From a phage, in sequence record PV730300.1: DNA of 64,000 nt. The stretch is one strand, 5' to 3'. The notes below the pieces were generated by a model. It saw nothing but the letters and a program-made list of their open reading frames with translations, was not told where the DNA came from and ran no database searches. A program made the translations under genes and the position numbers. Below, piece by piece: positions 54,460 to 64,000 of the stretch; position 1 is the stretch's first letter; each line of letters opens with the position of its first letter.

Positions 54460-55946
54460 TGGACGAATATGGTTTGACAGATGCGGGATTTGTAATCCCG
54501 ACTTTTGACGATGTTTTAAACAACTACATGACAGCAGTAAAAAACACATTTGGTGCAGATGCAGCCACTTCGGAAGATACTGTGATCGGACAACTGTTTA
54601 GAATAATTGCATACACAGATTACACATTGTGGGAAGGTATGCAAGGTGTTTATAATACTCAAACACTGGATGGTGCAGAAGGTATTTATCTTGATGAAAT
54701 CTTTTCTAAACGCGGTTTCTATCGAGCAGGTGCAGCAGCAAGTACAGGTTATGCATATGTTAAGAGTAATAACAAAGCAGCTTGGACTTATGAGCTAGGC
54801 ACGGATATTTACTTCAACTCTGATAGTGATATGAACTACTATGTTAGCACACCAACCATGTTGAATGCTAAGATTGCAGCTTATCAAATCTCTCGTGCTA
54901 ATGCAACTGCTACAGGTGTTCCAAATATTACTTTTTATGCACAAAGTGCGGTCGATGGAGGACTAAACAGCAAAACACTTGCACCTGGTTCTTCTACATT
55001 TATAACCGATCTTGAAACTTTTATCAAGGCAAATTTAACAGAAGCTGATCGTAGTCTTGTATTTTCTGATTCAGGTAACTTATCAATTGGTTTTACTTCT
55101 TTAACCAGTGATACTCCAGTGGGGCTGGTAACTCCTATTAAATTTTATGCTAGTGTTCCGGTTGGAACCAAGTGGAGTGAGATTCCGGTAGTTGCAGCAG
55201 AGAAAGGATACAATCCTGTTGGTGTGGAGTCTATTACAGGGATATCTTCTACCTTTACAGGTTATCTTGACAGTGGTAACTTCTATTCATTTTCTCCTGG
55301 TCGAGATGTTGAGACAGACGCAGAATTCCGCTCTCGTTTCAATGACAACGTTGATGAAGCTAACGCAGGGACACGAGCAGCTATTGTGAAAGCTCTGTTG
55401 CTTACAGATGGTGTTACTAAGGTGAAGATTTATGATAACCCTACGTTACATGATCAAGAACACGCTCCAGCTATGACTTTCCAGACTATAGTTTATGGTG
55501 GCAGTGCAGAAGAAATTGCAAATGTTATCTATAAAACCAAACCAATCAACACTTTGACACACGGAACAACTAACATAACAGTTACAACAGAAGATGGAGG
55601 ACAAGAAATTATTCGCTTCTCCCCTGGTGCTTCTGCTACGTATTCTGTAAAACTTGTTTATCAAACTGTCAACGGAACAACTTTAAGTGGAACAGAAAAA
55701 CAAAACATCGTAGAAGCTTTACAAAACCTGCAAGCTTACTTTGAGTTAGGTTCTTCAGTAACGAACGATCAAATCAAAGGTGTTATTTATGCAGCACTTG
55801 CTTTTGGACGCTTGACTTCTCTTCGTGTTTATGTTAAACTTAATACTGAGGATGACAGTAAATATACAGAGAATAATATAGTTCCTGCTTATAATGTTGT
55901 CCCTTCTTTTGACCTTGATAACATTTCTTACGAGTATGGAGTGTAA
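54459..55946 (+). CDS. tail fibre / structural protein (putative)
   Basis: 495 aa in the tail module. Confidence 0.4.
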   Translation: MDEYGLTDAGFVIPTFDDVLNNYMTAVKNTFGADAATSEDTVIGQLFRIIAYTDYTLWEGMQGVYNTQTLDGAEGIYLDEIFSKRGFYRAGAAASTGYAYVKSNNKAAWTYELGTDIYFNSDSDMNYYVSTPTMLNAKIAAYQISRANATATGVPNITFYAQSAVDGGLNSKTLAPGSSTFITDLETFIKANLTEADRSLVFSDSGNLSIGFTSLTSDTPVGLVTPIKFYASVPVGTKWSEIPVVAAEKGYNPVGVESITGISSTFTGYLDSGNFYSFSPGRDVETDAEFRSRFNDNVDEANAGTRAAIVKALLLTDGVTKVKIYDNPTLHDQEHAPAMTFQTIVYGGSAEEIANVIYKTKPINTLTHGTTNITVTTEDGGQEIIRFSPGASATYSVKLVYQTVNGTTLSGTEKQNIVEALQNLQAYFELGSSVTNDQIKGVIYAALAFGRLTSLRVYVKLNTEDDSKYTENNIVPAYNVVPSFDLDNISYEYGV

Positions 55947-55948
55947 AA

Positions 55949-56578
55949 ATGGCAGTGAGTGTTGACCATGTAACAACTTGGGCCAGTATCAACGAAGATG
56001 TTAAAAACCTTCTGATTGAAGATTTTAAATCTTCTCCTAACATTGTCAAGCTCCTCTACATCGTATCCAGTGAAAAGCAAAAGATAGATCAGGCAATGAT
56101 CTATCTTGCTAAACACCGCTTGATCTCTACAGCCACAGGCAAATACCTAGATATTCTAGGGGAAGAAATGGGGATCGAACGTAATGGCTCTGATGATGAA
56201 GAGTATAGAACAATATTAAAAATCAGGGCTTACCGCGTAGCCTCATCGGGGACTCGTGGTGACATAATTGATATCTTCGCCCGTTTCACAGGAACAGAGC
56301 GTGAAACGCTTAATACTTACGTAGGTTTGAATAAAACCTTTGATGTGTTTTTCTACAACCTGTGTCTTCAATCTGATCAAGCTTTAGAGCAGTTGCTAAG
56401 TGTTTTCCCTATTATTAGTAGCTACCGTCTTGGAGCAAAAGCAGGATCAGCTTTTGGTTTTAGTTCTTATTATGCTACCAAACCGCCTCATGGTATTGGT
56501 GGTTTAGGTTCCCTGTACATGGAATCTACTGGGGATGAAACAGGACGCATGTGTACGCTTCTCAAGCAAATAGATTAA
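55949..56578 (+). CDS. tail-associated protein (putative)
   Basis: Position only. Confidence 0.35.
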   Translation: MAVSVDHVTTWASINEDVKNLLIEDFKSSPNIVKLLYIVSSEKQKIDQAMIYLAKHRLISTATGKYLDILGEEMGIERNGSDDEEYRTILKIRAYRVASSGTRGDIIDIFARFTGTERETLNTYVGLNKTFDVFFYNLCLQSDQALEQLLSVFPIISSYRLGAKAGSAFGFSSYYATKPPHGIGGLGSLYMESTGDETGRMCTLLKQID

Positions 56579-56587
56579 GGAGTTTAA

Positions 56588-57649
56588 ATGGCGAAGCCAA
56601 TATATTATCCTGACTGGGCTACACAAACTGTAACGCTCCCAGGAACTTTAAACACAAACAAAATTAGACCTAAAGAAACCATCCGCACAGTTGGTATGGA
56701 TTATGGTCAAATCATGACTTGCGAAGAAATGAACTGGATTCTTAATAATATCGGTTTATGGATTCGCTATTTGGTGGATGACTTTCTTCCAACTTTACCT
56801 AATACCTACTTGCCTTTAGTGGGAACTAAGATTACAATGGCAGGTGATGCTACTGGTGAGGCTACTTGGAACGGTAACAAAGAAGTTACTTTATCTATCC
56901 AAGTTCAAGATAACAGTCATAATCACTTGTCGGCAAACATTACAGATGCCACTAGTTCAACAGTAACACCAAACGTGTTGGTAAAACGTGATGCGGGTGG
57001 TGCTATTTATGGTGGCGATGTTTATGTTAACGGTACTTCCACAACAGATCCTGCAACACTGTTCTTCAAAAACTTCGCAGGACAAACAAATGGTGAGATT
57101 TCTGCCGAGTATCAAAGCGGAGGTCAGCTTTACATCTATCGTAGAAATCCTAGCACAGGTAATGTATCGGCAGGTGTTCGTTTATATGATGCAGGTTATG
57201 TTCTAATAGACAGTCCAAGATCAAACAGTGGGCAAGATACTTCTAACGGAAACGCTTTAGTTCGCTTAGATTATCTGAATTCTCGTTTGACTTCTCTTCA
57301 GAACACATTGCAGACGAATATTAACACTGTTCAAAACAACCTGAATAGTGTTAACAACAACCTCTCTTCTCGTATAAACAATGTAGAAAGTAATCATCAA
57401 AGTCAGATTACAAATAACTACAACTATGCTAACGGAACCTTTGTAAGAGATATTCGTTATACTAGCCAAGGTGTGTATTATCCCCCAGGGAACGAGGTTT
57501 CTTGGACTTATATCTGTTCTTCTGGTTATGTTCTTTCTGGTATTATCGTACAGGAAACAGGACGTAGCTCTGCGGATAACATCGGTGGGGTTTACTTCAA
57601 ACGCCTCCAGCGCAACGTTAACGGAAACTGGTACGATATTGGAGGCTAA
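56588..57649 (+). CDS. tail fibre protein (putative)
   Basis: Asn/Ser-rich heptad-like segment (NNLNSVNNNLSSRINNVESN) typical of fibre shafts. Confidence 0.4.
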   Translation: MAKPIYYPDWATQTVTLPGTLNTNKIRPKETIRTVGMDYGQIMTCEEMNWILNNIGLWIRYLVDDFLPTLPNTYLPLVGTKITMAGDATGEATWNGNKEVTLSIQVQDNSHNHLSANITDATSSTVTPNVLVKRDAGGAIYGGDVYVNGTSTTDPATLFFKNFAGQTNGEISAEYQSGGQLYIYRRNPSTGNVSAGVRLYDAGYVLIDSPRSNSGQDTSNGNALVRLDYLNSRLTSLQNTLQTNINTVQNNLNSVNNNLSSRINNVESNHQSQITNNYNYANGTFVRDIRYTSQGVYYPPGNEVSWTYICSSGYVLSGIIVQETGRSSADNIGGVYFKRLQRNVNGNWYDIGG

Positions 57650-58195
57650 ATGATATTTACAAACTTTAAAAAATATATTCCTGAAGACCCTGAACTAAAA
57701 GAATTGGTAGAAGCAGAGAACATTCTTTTTCTTCGTTGCGATCAAGGTTACGATTGGTATGATTTACGTAGCACAGAGTTCAATAACGATAAAATGAAAG
57801 TCGTTTTTGATGATCAAAATCGTATTGTGTTTTGGAATACTGATCCTACACTACTTTGCCCTGAAGATCTTTCTATAGCACAAGTAGACTTTAATATAGA
57901 TACTTTTGAGGATATTAGGAACAAGGTTCTGGATTTAGAAACCTTAACTCTTAAGGATAAAGAGTATTCCCGTGAAGAGTTGATGACACAAGCTAGTGCA
58001 AAAATTCGCTCTTTACAAGAAACAGCGGTAGCACTTATAACACCTTTACAGTATGCTAAAGATTTAGAAATGGCTACTGAAGACGAATTAGCTTATCTTA
58101 AAAATCTTCAAGTTTATGTAGTTAAACTAAATCGTGTTCCGCTTCAAAAAGACTATCCTTACGCTATAGATTGGCCTACATTACCGACAGAATAA
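57650..58195 (+). CDS. tail fibre assembly / accessory protein (putative)
   Basis: Position between fibre genes. Confidence 0.3.
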   Translation: MIFTNFKKYIPEDPELKELVEAENILFLRCDQGYDWYDLRSTEFNNDKMKVVFDDQNRIVFWNTDPTLLCPEDLSIAQVDFNIDTFEDIRNKVLDLETLTLKDKEYSREELMTQASAKIRSLQETAVALITPLQYAKDLEMATEDELAYLKNLQVYVVKLNRVPLQKDYPYAIDWPTLPTE

Positions 58196-58204
58196 GGGAT
58201 CACT

Positions 58205-58540
58205 ATGGAATTTCAAGAAGCATGGGGACTTGCAAAGGATGCAATAATCCCTTTAATCGGAGTCATCTGGTTCTTTTTCAAACAAAAAATGGATAAATTC
58301 GGCTCTGATCTTGAGGAAATGGAGGAGAAAAGTCGAGAGCTAGAGAAGAAGTTGGTCTTTGTTGAATCAACTTATGCAACTAAAGCCGAACTTACCCAGA
58401 TGCTAAATCAAATTAACTCTACATTAATGGCAAATAATAACACCCTTGAGCAAAAAATTGAAAAGATTATGGACCTCAAGAATGCGACTATCCAAATGAT
58501 GCTAGATGACATAGTTAAACGTACACAGAATAAGGGGTAA
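58205..58540 (+). CDS. small coiled-coil protein
   Basis: Heptad-rich sequence. Confidence 0.35.
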   Translation: MEFQEAWGLAKDAIIPLIGVIWFFFKQKMDKFGSDLEEMEEKSRELEKKLVFVESTYATKAELTQMLNQINSTLMANNNTLEQKIEKIMDLKNATIQMMLDDIVKRTQNKG

Positions 58541-58543
58541 TTA

Positions 58544-61500
58544 ATGGCAACATTCCCAACATATCCAGCAACGTCTCTCGAACAGGGCGTAGACCTGGTT
58601 ATTTTCTCATCTAACCAACTCCATGATGTTATTAATGGAAGTGCTACAGAGAGTATTGAAACAGAATCAGGGTTGATACCAACCCTGAGAAAAGCCCTTG
58701 TTGACAACTTTTTCTTTAAAAGCCCATTGGATTGGGCGCAAGGCACAAACGAAACAGTTTTTAACCAACTTCGTTATTTCCAGAATGGAGTATTGAGCGG
58801 TTATTACTATGCCCCTAACGCTACATTGGTTAACCCAATCCCTATGCAAGGGACTCCAGTAGGAGATAACAACTGGGTATTGTGGGGACTGAAAACAGAA
58901 CAACTAGCAACAGAAGTCACCCCGTGGGTATACTCTGGTGCAACGGGTTATGAAACAGTAATTAGTCCTCCTTACATCTTTGATAGTGCTATTGTTACGA
59001 TCAATGGTGTTATTCAGGTTCTGGGGGAAGCTTTCCGTATAGAAGATAGTAAGATCATCTTATCTGAACCTTTGGGACACGATCCTGCAACAGGACTGCC
59101 AAACAAGCTTTTTGCTTATATTGGTAAAATCGTAGCTTCAGCAGATACAGATCCTAACCTAGAGAATCGTCTTGTTAGTTTAGAAACAAAAACGGAAGAA
59201 CTAACAGAAAGCATGGATAAAGTCCCTCTGCAAACTATTGCTCGTAAATATGGTTTGTTAGATGATGAGGTGGCTTACGCAACAGCAGGTCAATCGTTAA
59301 CAGGGATTAAAGCTCTGTATGATCCAGTAGCACAGTCTTCCTACACATTACCTCCTAACATCACAGGAACTTTAACATCCTTATCTGTTTCTGGAGTAAT
59401 GACTTATTCTGGTGGGTCTGTAGATCTTTCTGCACTAGCTGTTGAACGTGGACAGTTTGTTCATTTGCCTACAAGCTTTGGTAATAACGTAACTCTGACA
59501 GCTAAAAATCAGACGATTGGACGTGGTGCTGGTCGTTATCGTTGGGCTGGAAGTTTACCAAAAAGTATTTTGGCCTCCGATACATTGGAGACAAGCGGTG
59601 GATTAGGTCCAAATGCATGGGTTCTGACCAATACAGAAGGACTGTTAACCCCTCGTGGTGGAACATACAACGACTTATTCGATGTTGTCTACTTGTCAGA
59701 ATTTGCTAACAACACAACAGCATATACCACACCAGAAGCAGCTTTCCAAGCAGCACTGTTAGCAGCAAAAGCTTCTAAAAGCAAGATTCTCGATGCTTAC
59801 GGTTGTGATATGACTTTCACGACAAGCTCTTTTGATATTCAAGGTATCACTTTGCGTGGGGGTGTGTTCCGTGGTCAACGCGACTATCGTGTGCAAAATG
59901 CTACAGTAGAAGGCACAACTTTCCGTAACTCTCGTGTTATGTATTGGGGTGGTGCTGTGCGCATGTTCGATTGTTTGTGGGACGGTGCTCCTCGCGCAGG
60001 TCAAGTTGGTAGCTTGGTATTCCAAGGCAACCCAATATCAGGTACTTTTGAAATTGATAACTGTACTTTTAAAAACGGGTTGTATGGCATCCTTCAACAA
60101 GGAACAGGGGAACCAGTAACACGTGGTGTCTTCCGTAACCTTACCTTCATGGACATGCAAGGTGATGCAATAGAACTGAACGTCATCAATAAACATTATG
60201 ACGATGGTTGTGTGATTGAGAATATTTACCTGTCTAATATCGATGGGACTAACGCTCCTATTCCTCTGTCCAACTGGGGTATCGGTATCGGTGTAGCTGG
60301 TAAAGGACCATATGGTTACGGAATCCCTGATGATCAATATTGCAAGAATATTACAATTCGTAACGTTTTTGCAAAACGTTGTCGTCAGATTGTCCACGTA
60401 GAAGTTGGTCGTAATATCTCTATCGAAAACATTCATGGCGATCCAGACCAGACCGTATCTGTTGGGACAGGTTTGGCAACTGGCGCAGTTGTAATGTATG
60501 GAAGTAAAGATTTTACGATTGACGGTGTTTACGGAGAGCCTAAAACAGACGGTAGCACACTTGCAAGTAATATCCGTATGATTTATTTGGAGTGGGGAAC
60601 TAACGCAGTTCTGGATGAAGAGGGTAATCCGGTAGTTCCGGCACAGGGCAGACCTTCAAATCCATGCTTTAACTATTCTGTTCGTAACATTCACACCAAA
60701 ACTGGGCGTGTTTTTGCGGGAGTTTCCGCTGGACCAGGTTATGAAAACAGAGTTAGCTTTGAAAATATTCGTTGCGCTGCATTGCAGTTGTTCGGTATAG
60801 CTTCTTGGCTTTCAATGTCTAACATCACCTGTAATATCTTCGATTGTGTTGGTCAACCTGAATCTGGTCCAGGGACATTTTATGATGGATTCTTCCGTAG
60901 AGAAAAATCTGTTCTTGAAATGGTTAACGTAAACTGTTACCCAGATGGCAAGACGATGGTTACTGGTCGTCCACAGTGGAGCCGTTGCCGTTACTCTGAT
61001 ATTCATCGTGTCAACTGTAATGTTGAAGCTAATATGTATACCAATATCGCAGGTGGTATTGGAGCTATTGTAGGGACAACGGGCAAAGTTTATTACTTAG
61101 AGCCTAATCCTAGTCGAAACATTGATGGAATGCATTTCCCAACAGGGAAAGAGTTTGACAAAGGTGATATGATAGTCAAGGCGGATAATACGTTCTTCCT
61201 TGTAACAACAAGTGGGGCATATATTCCAGATATCCCAGCTTTCGGTATTCGAGCTACACAGGCAGGAGATACCTTCCTAACACAGAACTTGACTCCTAAC
61301 GGGACAGCAACAAATGCTTCTTGGTTGTATCATTACCCTCTGTCAGCAGGGACACGTATCCGTATTCCTGGTGCTGGCGTAGGTGGAGCAGATTTGGACA
61401 CAGTTATTACTCGTGCACCTTATCAAGATAATGATACGTGGACTAACCCAGTTAAAATAGACATTGCAGATCCAATTGTAACGCCTACAAGTGCTGGAGT

Positions 61501-61597
61501 TAGAATTAAAACCATACCTAATGATTCCAGCAATGTTTCTGTAGGTAATACTGCGGTTATTCGCCCAACGCCAGTAGTAGATGTGCCAACAACCTAA
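58544..61597 (+). CDS. tailspike-like protein with probable beta-helix (possible depolymerase)
   Basis: 1017 aa; Gly/Asn/Thr/Val-rich repeats suggestive of a right-handed beta-helix; terminator-like hairpin follows. Confidence 0.45.
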   Translation: MATFPTYPATSLEQGVDLVIFSSNQLHDVINGSATESIETESGLIPTLRKALVDNFFFKSPLDWAQGTNETVFNQLRYFQNGVLSGYYYAPNATLVNPIPMQGTPVGDNNWVLWGLKTEQLATEVTPWVYSGATGYETVISPPYIFDSAIVTINGVIQVLGEAFRIEDSKIILSEPLGHDPATGLPNKLFAYIGKIVASADTDPNLENRLVSLETKTEELTESMDKVPLQTIARKYGLLDDEVAYATAGQSLTGIKALYDPVAQSSYTLPPNITGTLTSLSVSGVMTYSGGSVDLSALAVERGQFVHLPTSFGNNVTLTAKNQTIGRGAGRYRWAGSLPKSILASDTLETSGGLGPNAWVLTNTEGLLTPRGGTYNDLFDVVYLSEFANNTTAYTTPEAAFQAALLAAKASKSKILDAYGCDMTFTTSSFDIQGITLRGGVFRGQRDYRVQNATVEGTTFRNSRVMYWGGAVRMFDCLWDGAPRAGQVGSLVFQGNPISGTFEIDNCTFKNGLYGILQQGTGEPVTRGVFRNLTFMDMQGDAIELNVINKHYDDGCVIENIYLSNIDGTNAPIPLSNWGIGIGVAGKGPYGYGIPDDQYCKNITIRNVFAKRCRQIVHVEVGRNISIENIHGDPDQTVSVGTGLATGAVVMYGSKDFTIDGVYGEPKTDGSTLASNIRMIYLEWGTNAVLDEEGNPVVPAQGRPSNPCFNYSVRNIHTKTGRVFAGVSAGPGYENRVSFENIRCAALQLFGIASWLSMSNITCNIFDCVGQPESGPGTFYDGFFRREKSVLEMVNVNCYPDGKTMVTGRPQWSRCRYSDIHRVNCNVEANMYTNIAGGIGAIVGTTGKVYYLEPNPSRNIDGMHFPTGKEFDKGDMIVKADNTFFLVTTSGAYIPDIPAFGIRATQAGDTFLTQNLTPNGTATNASWLYHYPLSAGTRIRIPGAGVGGADLDTVITRAPYQDNDTWTNPVKIDIADPIVTPTSAGVRIKTIPNDSSNVSVGNTAVIRPTPVVDVPTT

Positions 61598-61603
61598 TGG
61601 AAC

Positions 61604-61626
61604 AGAGGGGGATTCCCCCTCTTCTT
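61604..61626 (+). terminator. terminator-like hairpin
   Basis: AGAGGGGG-ATT-CCCCCTCT followed by TCTTCC. Confidence 0.45.
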
Positions 61627-61658
61627 CCAATAGAATGGTCTAATGATAGGAGAGATAA

Positions 61659-63683
61659 ATGAATTTAACAAGACCTAATAGTGCGATAGCCGATCTGGTA
61701 GAAGCTACTTATCGAAAACGTCGCAGCTTTGAGGCAGGTTTTACATTACGTAATTCCCGTGAAGTTTTGCTGTTAGCAGCAGAAGGGAATTATTACCAAT
61801 GGAAAGGAACTTTTCCTAAAGTAGTTCCAGCAAACTCTACGCCAGCCACCACAGGTGGTATTTCTTCCCTTGCATGGCAAAGTGTTGGGACCGCTGATGA
61901 TATAGCAATTATCAATGCCAAGTTTACGGCAATGCAGCAACAGATTGATGATCTGTCGGAAACAATACCTGAAGCTGGTAAATCGGCTTATCAGATCGCA
62001 CTTGATAATGGTTTTGTTGGAACAGAAGCACAATGGCTTGCTTCTTTGAAAGGGGATACTGGTGCTCAACTTAATATTAAAGGATCATTAGCAAGCACTA
62101 GTGAGCTACCATCTACAGGTAACGTTGCAGGGGACGGTTATATCGTAGGCGATGTAATCTATGCTTGGGATGGTTCTGTTTGGAAGCTTATTTCTTCTCT
62201 TGGACCAGAAGGGAAATCAGCTTATGAGGTATGGTTGGCAGATGGTAATACAGGATCTGTTTATGATTTTCTTACCTCTATAAAAGGTGATAAAGGTGAT
62301 GTTGGTCCTACAGGGCCACAGGGAGCACCTGGTGTTAACGCCAACGGTTTTGATTATCGTGGAGATTTGCCTTCTACAAGTAACTTACCACAACCTAACT
62401 CTGAAAACGTAAGCCAAGCTTATTCTATCAATGGTAATCTTTATGTCTCTAATGGGACAGCTTGGGTCAACATGGGTAATATTGTTGGTCCTCAAGGTCC
62501 ACAAGGTGAGGCAGGTAAAGACGGTCTTGATGGAACAGATGGAGATGAAGGGAAATCTGCATATCAAAGTTGGCTGGATGCTGGTAATGAAGGGACAGAA
62601 GTAGATTTTATTGCCTCACTTAAAGGTCCAAAAGGAGACAAGGGTGATCAAGGAGAGCGAGGTCCACAAGGTGAACTAGGTCCACAAGGACCAGTGGGTG
62701 CAACAGGATCAGGCTTAGAGATTATCGGGGTTCTGAACAGTGAAGCTGAACTTCCTCCTACTGGAGAAGTAGGTGATGCATATAAAATTAATAATGATTT
62801 GTATGTTTGGATTCAAGATGCTACGGAATGGATGAATGTTGGCAGTCTTGGAGGAACATCAATTACAGCTAAAGGTCATGTTCCGAACAGTGAAGCTCTC
62901 CCTGTTTATAATAACTATGGTGATGCCTATTTAACTGAAGACACTAGTAATCTTTACATCTATACCTACGATCAAGACACCAATTCCGCATCTTTTGTTG
63001 ACATGGGAAGTATTAAAGGCGACAAAGGTGAAAAAGGGGATAAAGGAGATAAGGGTGATCCTGGAACAAACGGAACCAACGGTACTAATGGGACCAACGG
63101 TAAAGACGGCGCACAGTGGTTTGTAGCAACAACTAATCCAGTCGCAGGTGATGGTGTTATCAATGATTACGCTTTCAACACTACCACTGGAGCAGTGTTT
63201 AAGAAAACAGATTCTTCTACGTGGACACTTATAGGAACTCTTCCTAGTATACCAGAAGCACCTCAAGACGGCTTGACGTATGGTCGTTCTGATGGGAACT
63301 GGATCGAAATATCAGGATCAGATCCTACAGAAGCTATAACACCAACTAAAGTTACAGCAGGTTTCATGGAACTTGAAACAACTACTGCCAACTCTGGAGC
63401 ATCTTGGACTCCTTCTGGAACTTCCAATATGTATGTTGTTACAGTAACTGACGCTCTGACAGTTGGAGCATGGCCTGGTGTCACTGGCTCTACAAAGCCT
63501 AAAGCGTTTTCAGCAATGATTTATTTGATTCAAGATACAACGGGACACACGGTTACACTAGATGCGTCTTATGGAGCACTGAATGATACAGAAATAGCAA
63601 CTACTGCTAACGCAGTAACAATTTTGCAATTAACGTATCCTGGTGTGGGTAATGTCGTGGACATGGTTGTTGTAACACGATAA
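61659..63683 (+). CDS. tail fibre protein with collagen-like Gly-X-Y repeats
   Basis: GPKGDKGDQGERGPQGELGPQGPVGATG and GDKGEKGDKGDKGDPGTNGTNGTNGTNGKDG tracts; thrice-repeated GKSAY..WL...GN.GTE..F..SLKGDKGD module. Confidence 0.6.
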   Translation: MNLTRPNSAIADLVEATYRKRRSFEAGFTLRNSREVLLLAAEGNYYQWKGTFPKVVPANSTPATTGGISSLAWQSVGTADDIAIINAKFTAMQQQIDDLSETIPEAGKSAYQIALDNGFVGTEAQWLASLKGDTGAQLNIKGSLASTSELPSTGNVAGDGYIVGDVIYAWDGSVWKLISSLGPEGKSAYEVWLADGNTGSVYDFLTSIKGDKGDVGPTGPQGAPGVNANGFDYRGDLPSTSNLPQPNSENVSQAYSINGNLYVSNGTAWVNMGNIVGPQGPQGEAGKDGLDGTDGDEGKSAYQSWLDAGNEGTEVDFIASLKGPKGDKGDQGERGPQGELGPQGPVGATGSGLEIIGVLNSEAELPPTGEVGDAYKINNDLYVWIQDATEWMNVGSLGGTSITAKGHVPNSEALPVYNNYGDAYLTEDTSNLYIYTYDQDTNSASFVDMGSIKGDKGEKGDKGDKGDPGTNGTNGTNGTNGKDGAQWFVATTNPVAGDGVINDYAFNTTTGAVFKKTDSSTWTLIGTLPSIPEAPQDGLTYGRSDGNWIEISGSDPTEAITPTKVTAGFMELETTTANSGASWTPSGTSNMYVVTVTDALTVGAWPGVTGSTKPKAFSAMIYLIQDTTGHTVTLDASYGALNDTEIATTANAVTILQLTYPGVGNVVDMVVVTR

Positions 63684-63686
63684 CAG

Positions 63687-63712
63687 AAGCCCCGAAAGGG
63701 GCTTTCTTTTTA
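63687..63712 (+). terminator. intrinsic terminator
   Basis: AGCCCC-GAAA-GGGGCT hairpin followed by TTCTTTTT. Confidence 0.7.
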
Positions 63713-63724
63713 TGGAGGGTTTAA

Positions 63725-64000
63725 ATGTTTCCAATTCCAATATTTACTATTATGACTAGCACTGGTGTCGTTCCTCTGCCAGCAGGTATTGTTAAAAAAG
63801 TGATTACTTTAGATTACCCAGATAACGCTGGTAATTCTAACAACAGTTTAGCAATTTTGCTTAATGATGGTAGATTGTTTACTCAAGGCGCAAACCTCTT
63901 TGGTGAGATTGCAGATGGAACTCGTAGTGCACGATTCAATAATTTCCACTTAGCTTCTACTGTAGTAGCGGACGTGTTTACCGCAGATCGTTGTTTTGTT
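63725..64000 (+). CDS. partial CDS (3' end beyond window), tail-associated
   Basis: ATG with GGAGGG ribosome-binding site after the terminator; open to the window end. Confidence 0.35.
   Translation, partial: MFPIPIFTIMTSTGVVPLPAGIVKKVITLDYPDNAGNSNNSLAILLNDGRLFTQGANLFGEIADGTRSARFNNFHLASTVVADVFTADRCFV

Noticed and set aside
63031-63110. Short tandem nucleotide repeats (GGT-GAA-AAA-GGG..., ACC-AAC-GGA...) that might suggest a CRISPR or satellite array
   Set aside because: They are in-frame Gly-X-Y codon repeats inside the tail fibre gene; no spacer-repeat organisation.
1-64000. Possibility that the window is a prophage or bacterial chromosomal island (because of the RmlC/RmlD and PhoH genes)
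   Set aside because: No integrase, attachment-site repeats or host housekeeping genes; gene content and order are those of a virulent phage throughout.

Overview
This window reads as a contiguous piece of a large virulent tailed phage genome (contractile-tail myovirus layout, E. coli-like ribosome-binding sites and sigma70-like promoters), not a bacterial chromosome. Positions 1-22510 are a leftward (minus-strand) early/metabolic arm: PhoH, T4-type lysozyme, glutaredoxin, an RmlD/RmlC pair, class I ribonucleotide reductase, ThyX, an HNH endonuclease, MazG-like and RdgC-like proteins, ATP-dependent DNA ligase, a three-gene kinase / RNA ligase / phosphoesterase RNA-repair cassette, and many small ORFs. 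A divergent AT-rich control region with GTACT repeats (22511-22991) separates it from a rightward arm: a tRNA array of about 13 genes with interspersed structured RNAs (23731-26034), a spanin pair, an intein-containing large terminase, portal, scaffold, major capsid, sheath, tube, a chaperone with a candidate -1 frameshift, a group I intron carrying a homing-endonuclease ORF just upstream of the tape measure gene, baseplate proteins and several large enzyme-like tail fibre/spike proteins. The most notable items are the group I intron, the terminase mini-intein, the split RNA-repair module, and two structured RNAs embedded in the tRNA operon. All calls rest on reading the sequence and the supplied ORF translations by eye; no database search or folding program was run, and no integrase or CRISPR array was seen.
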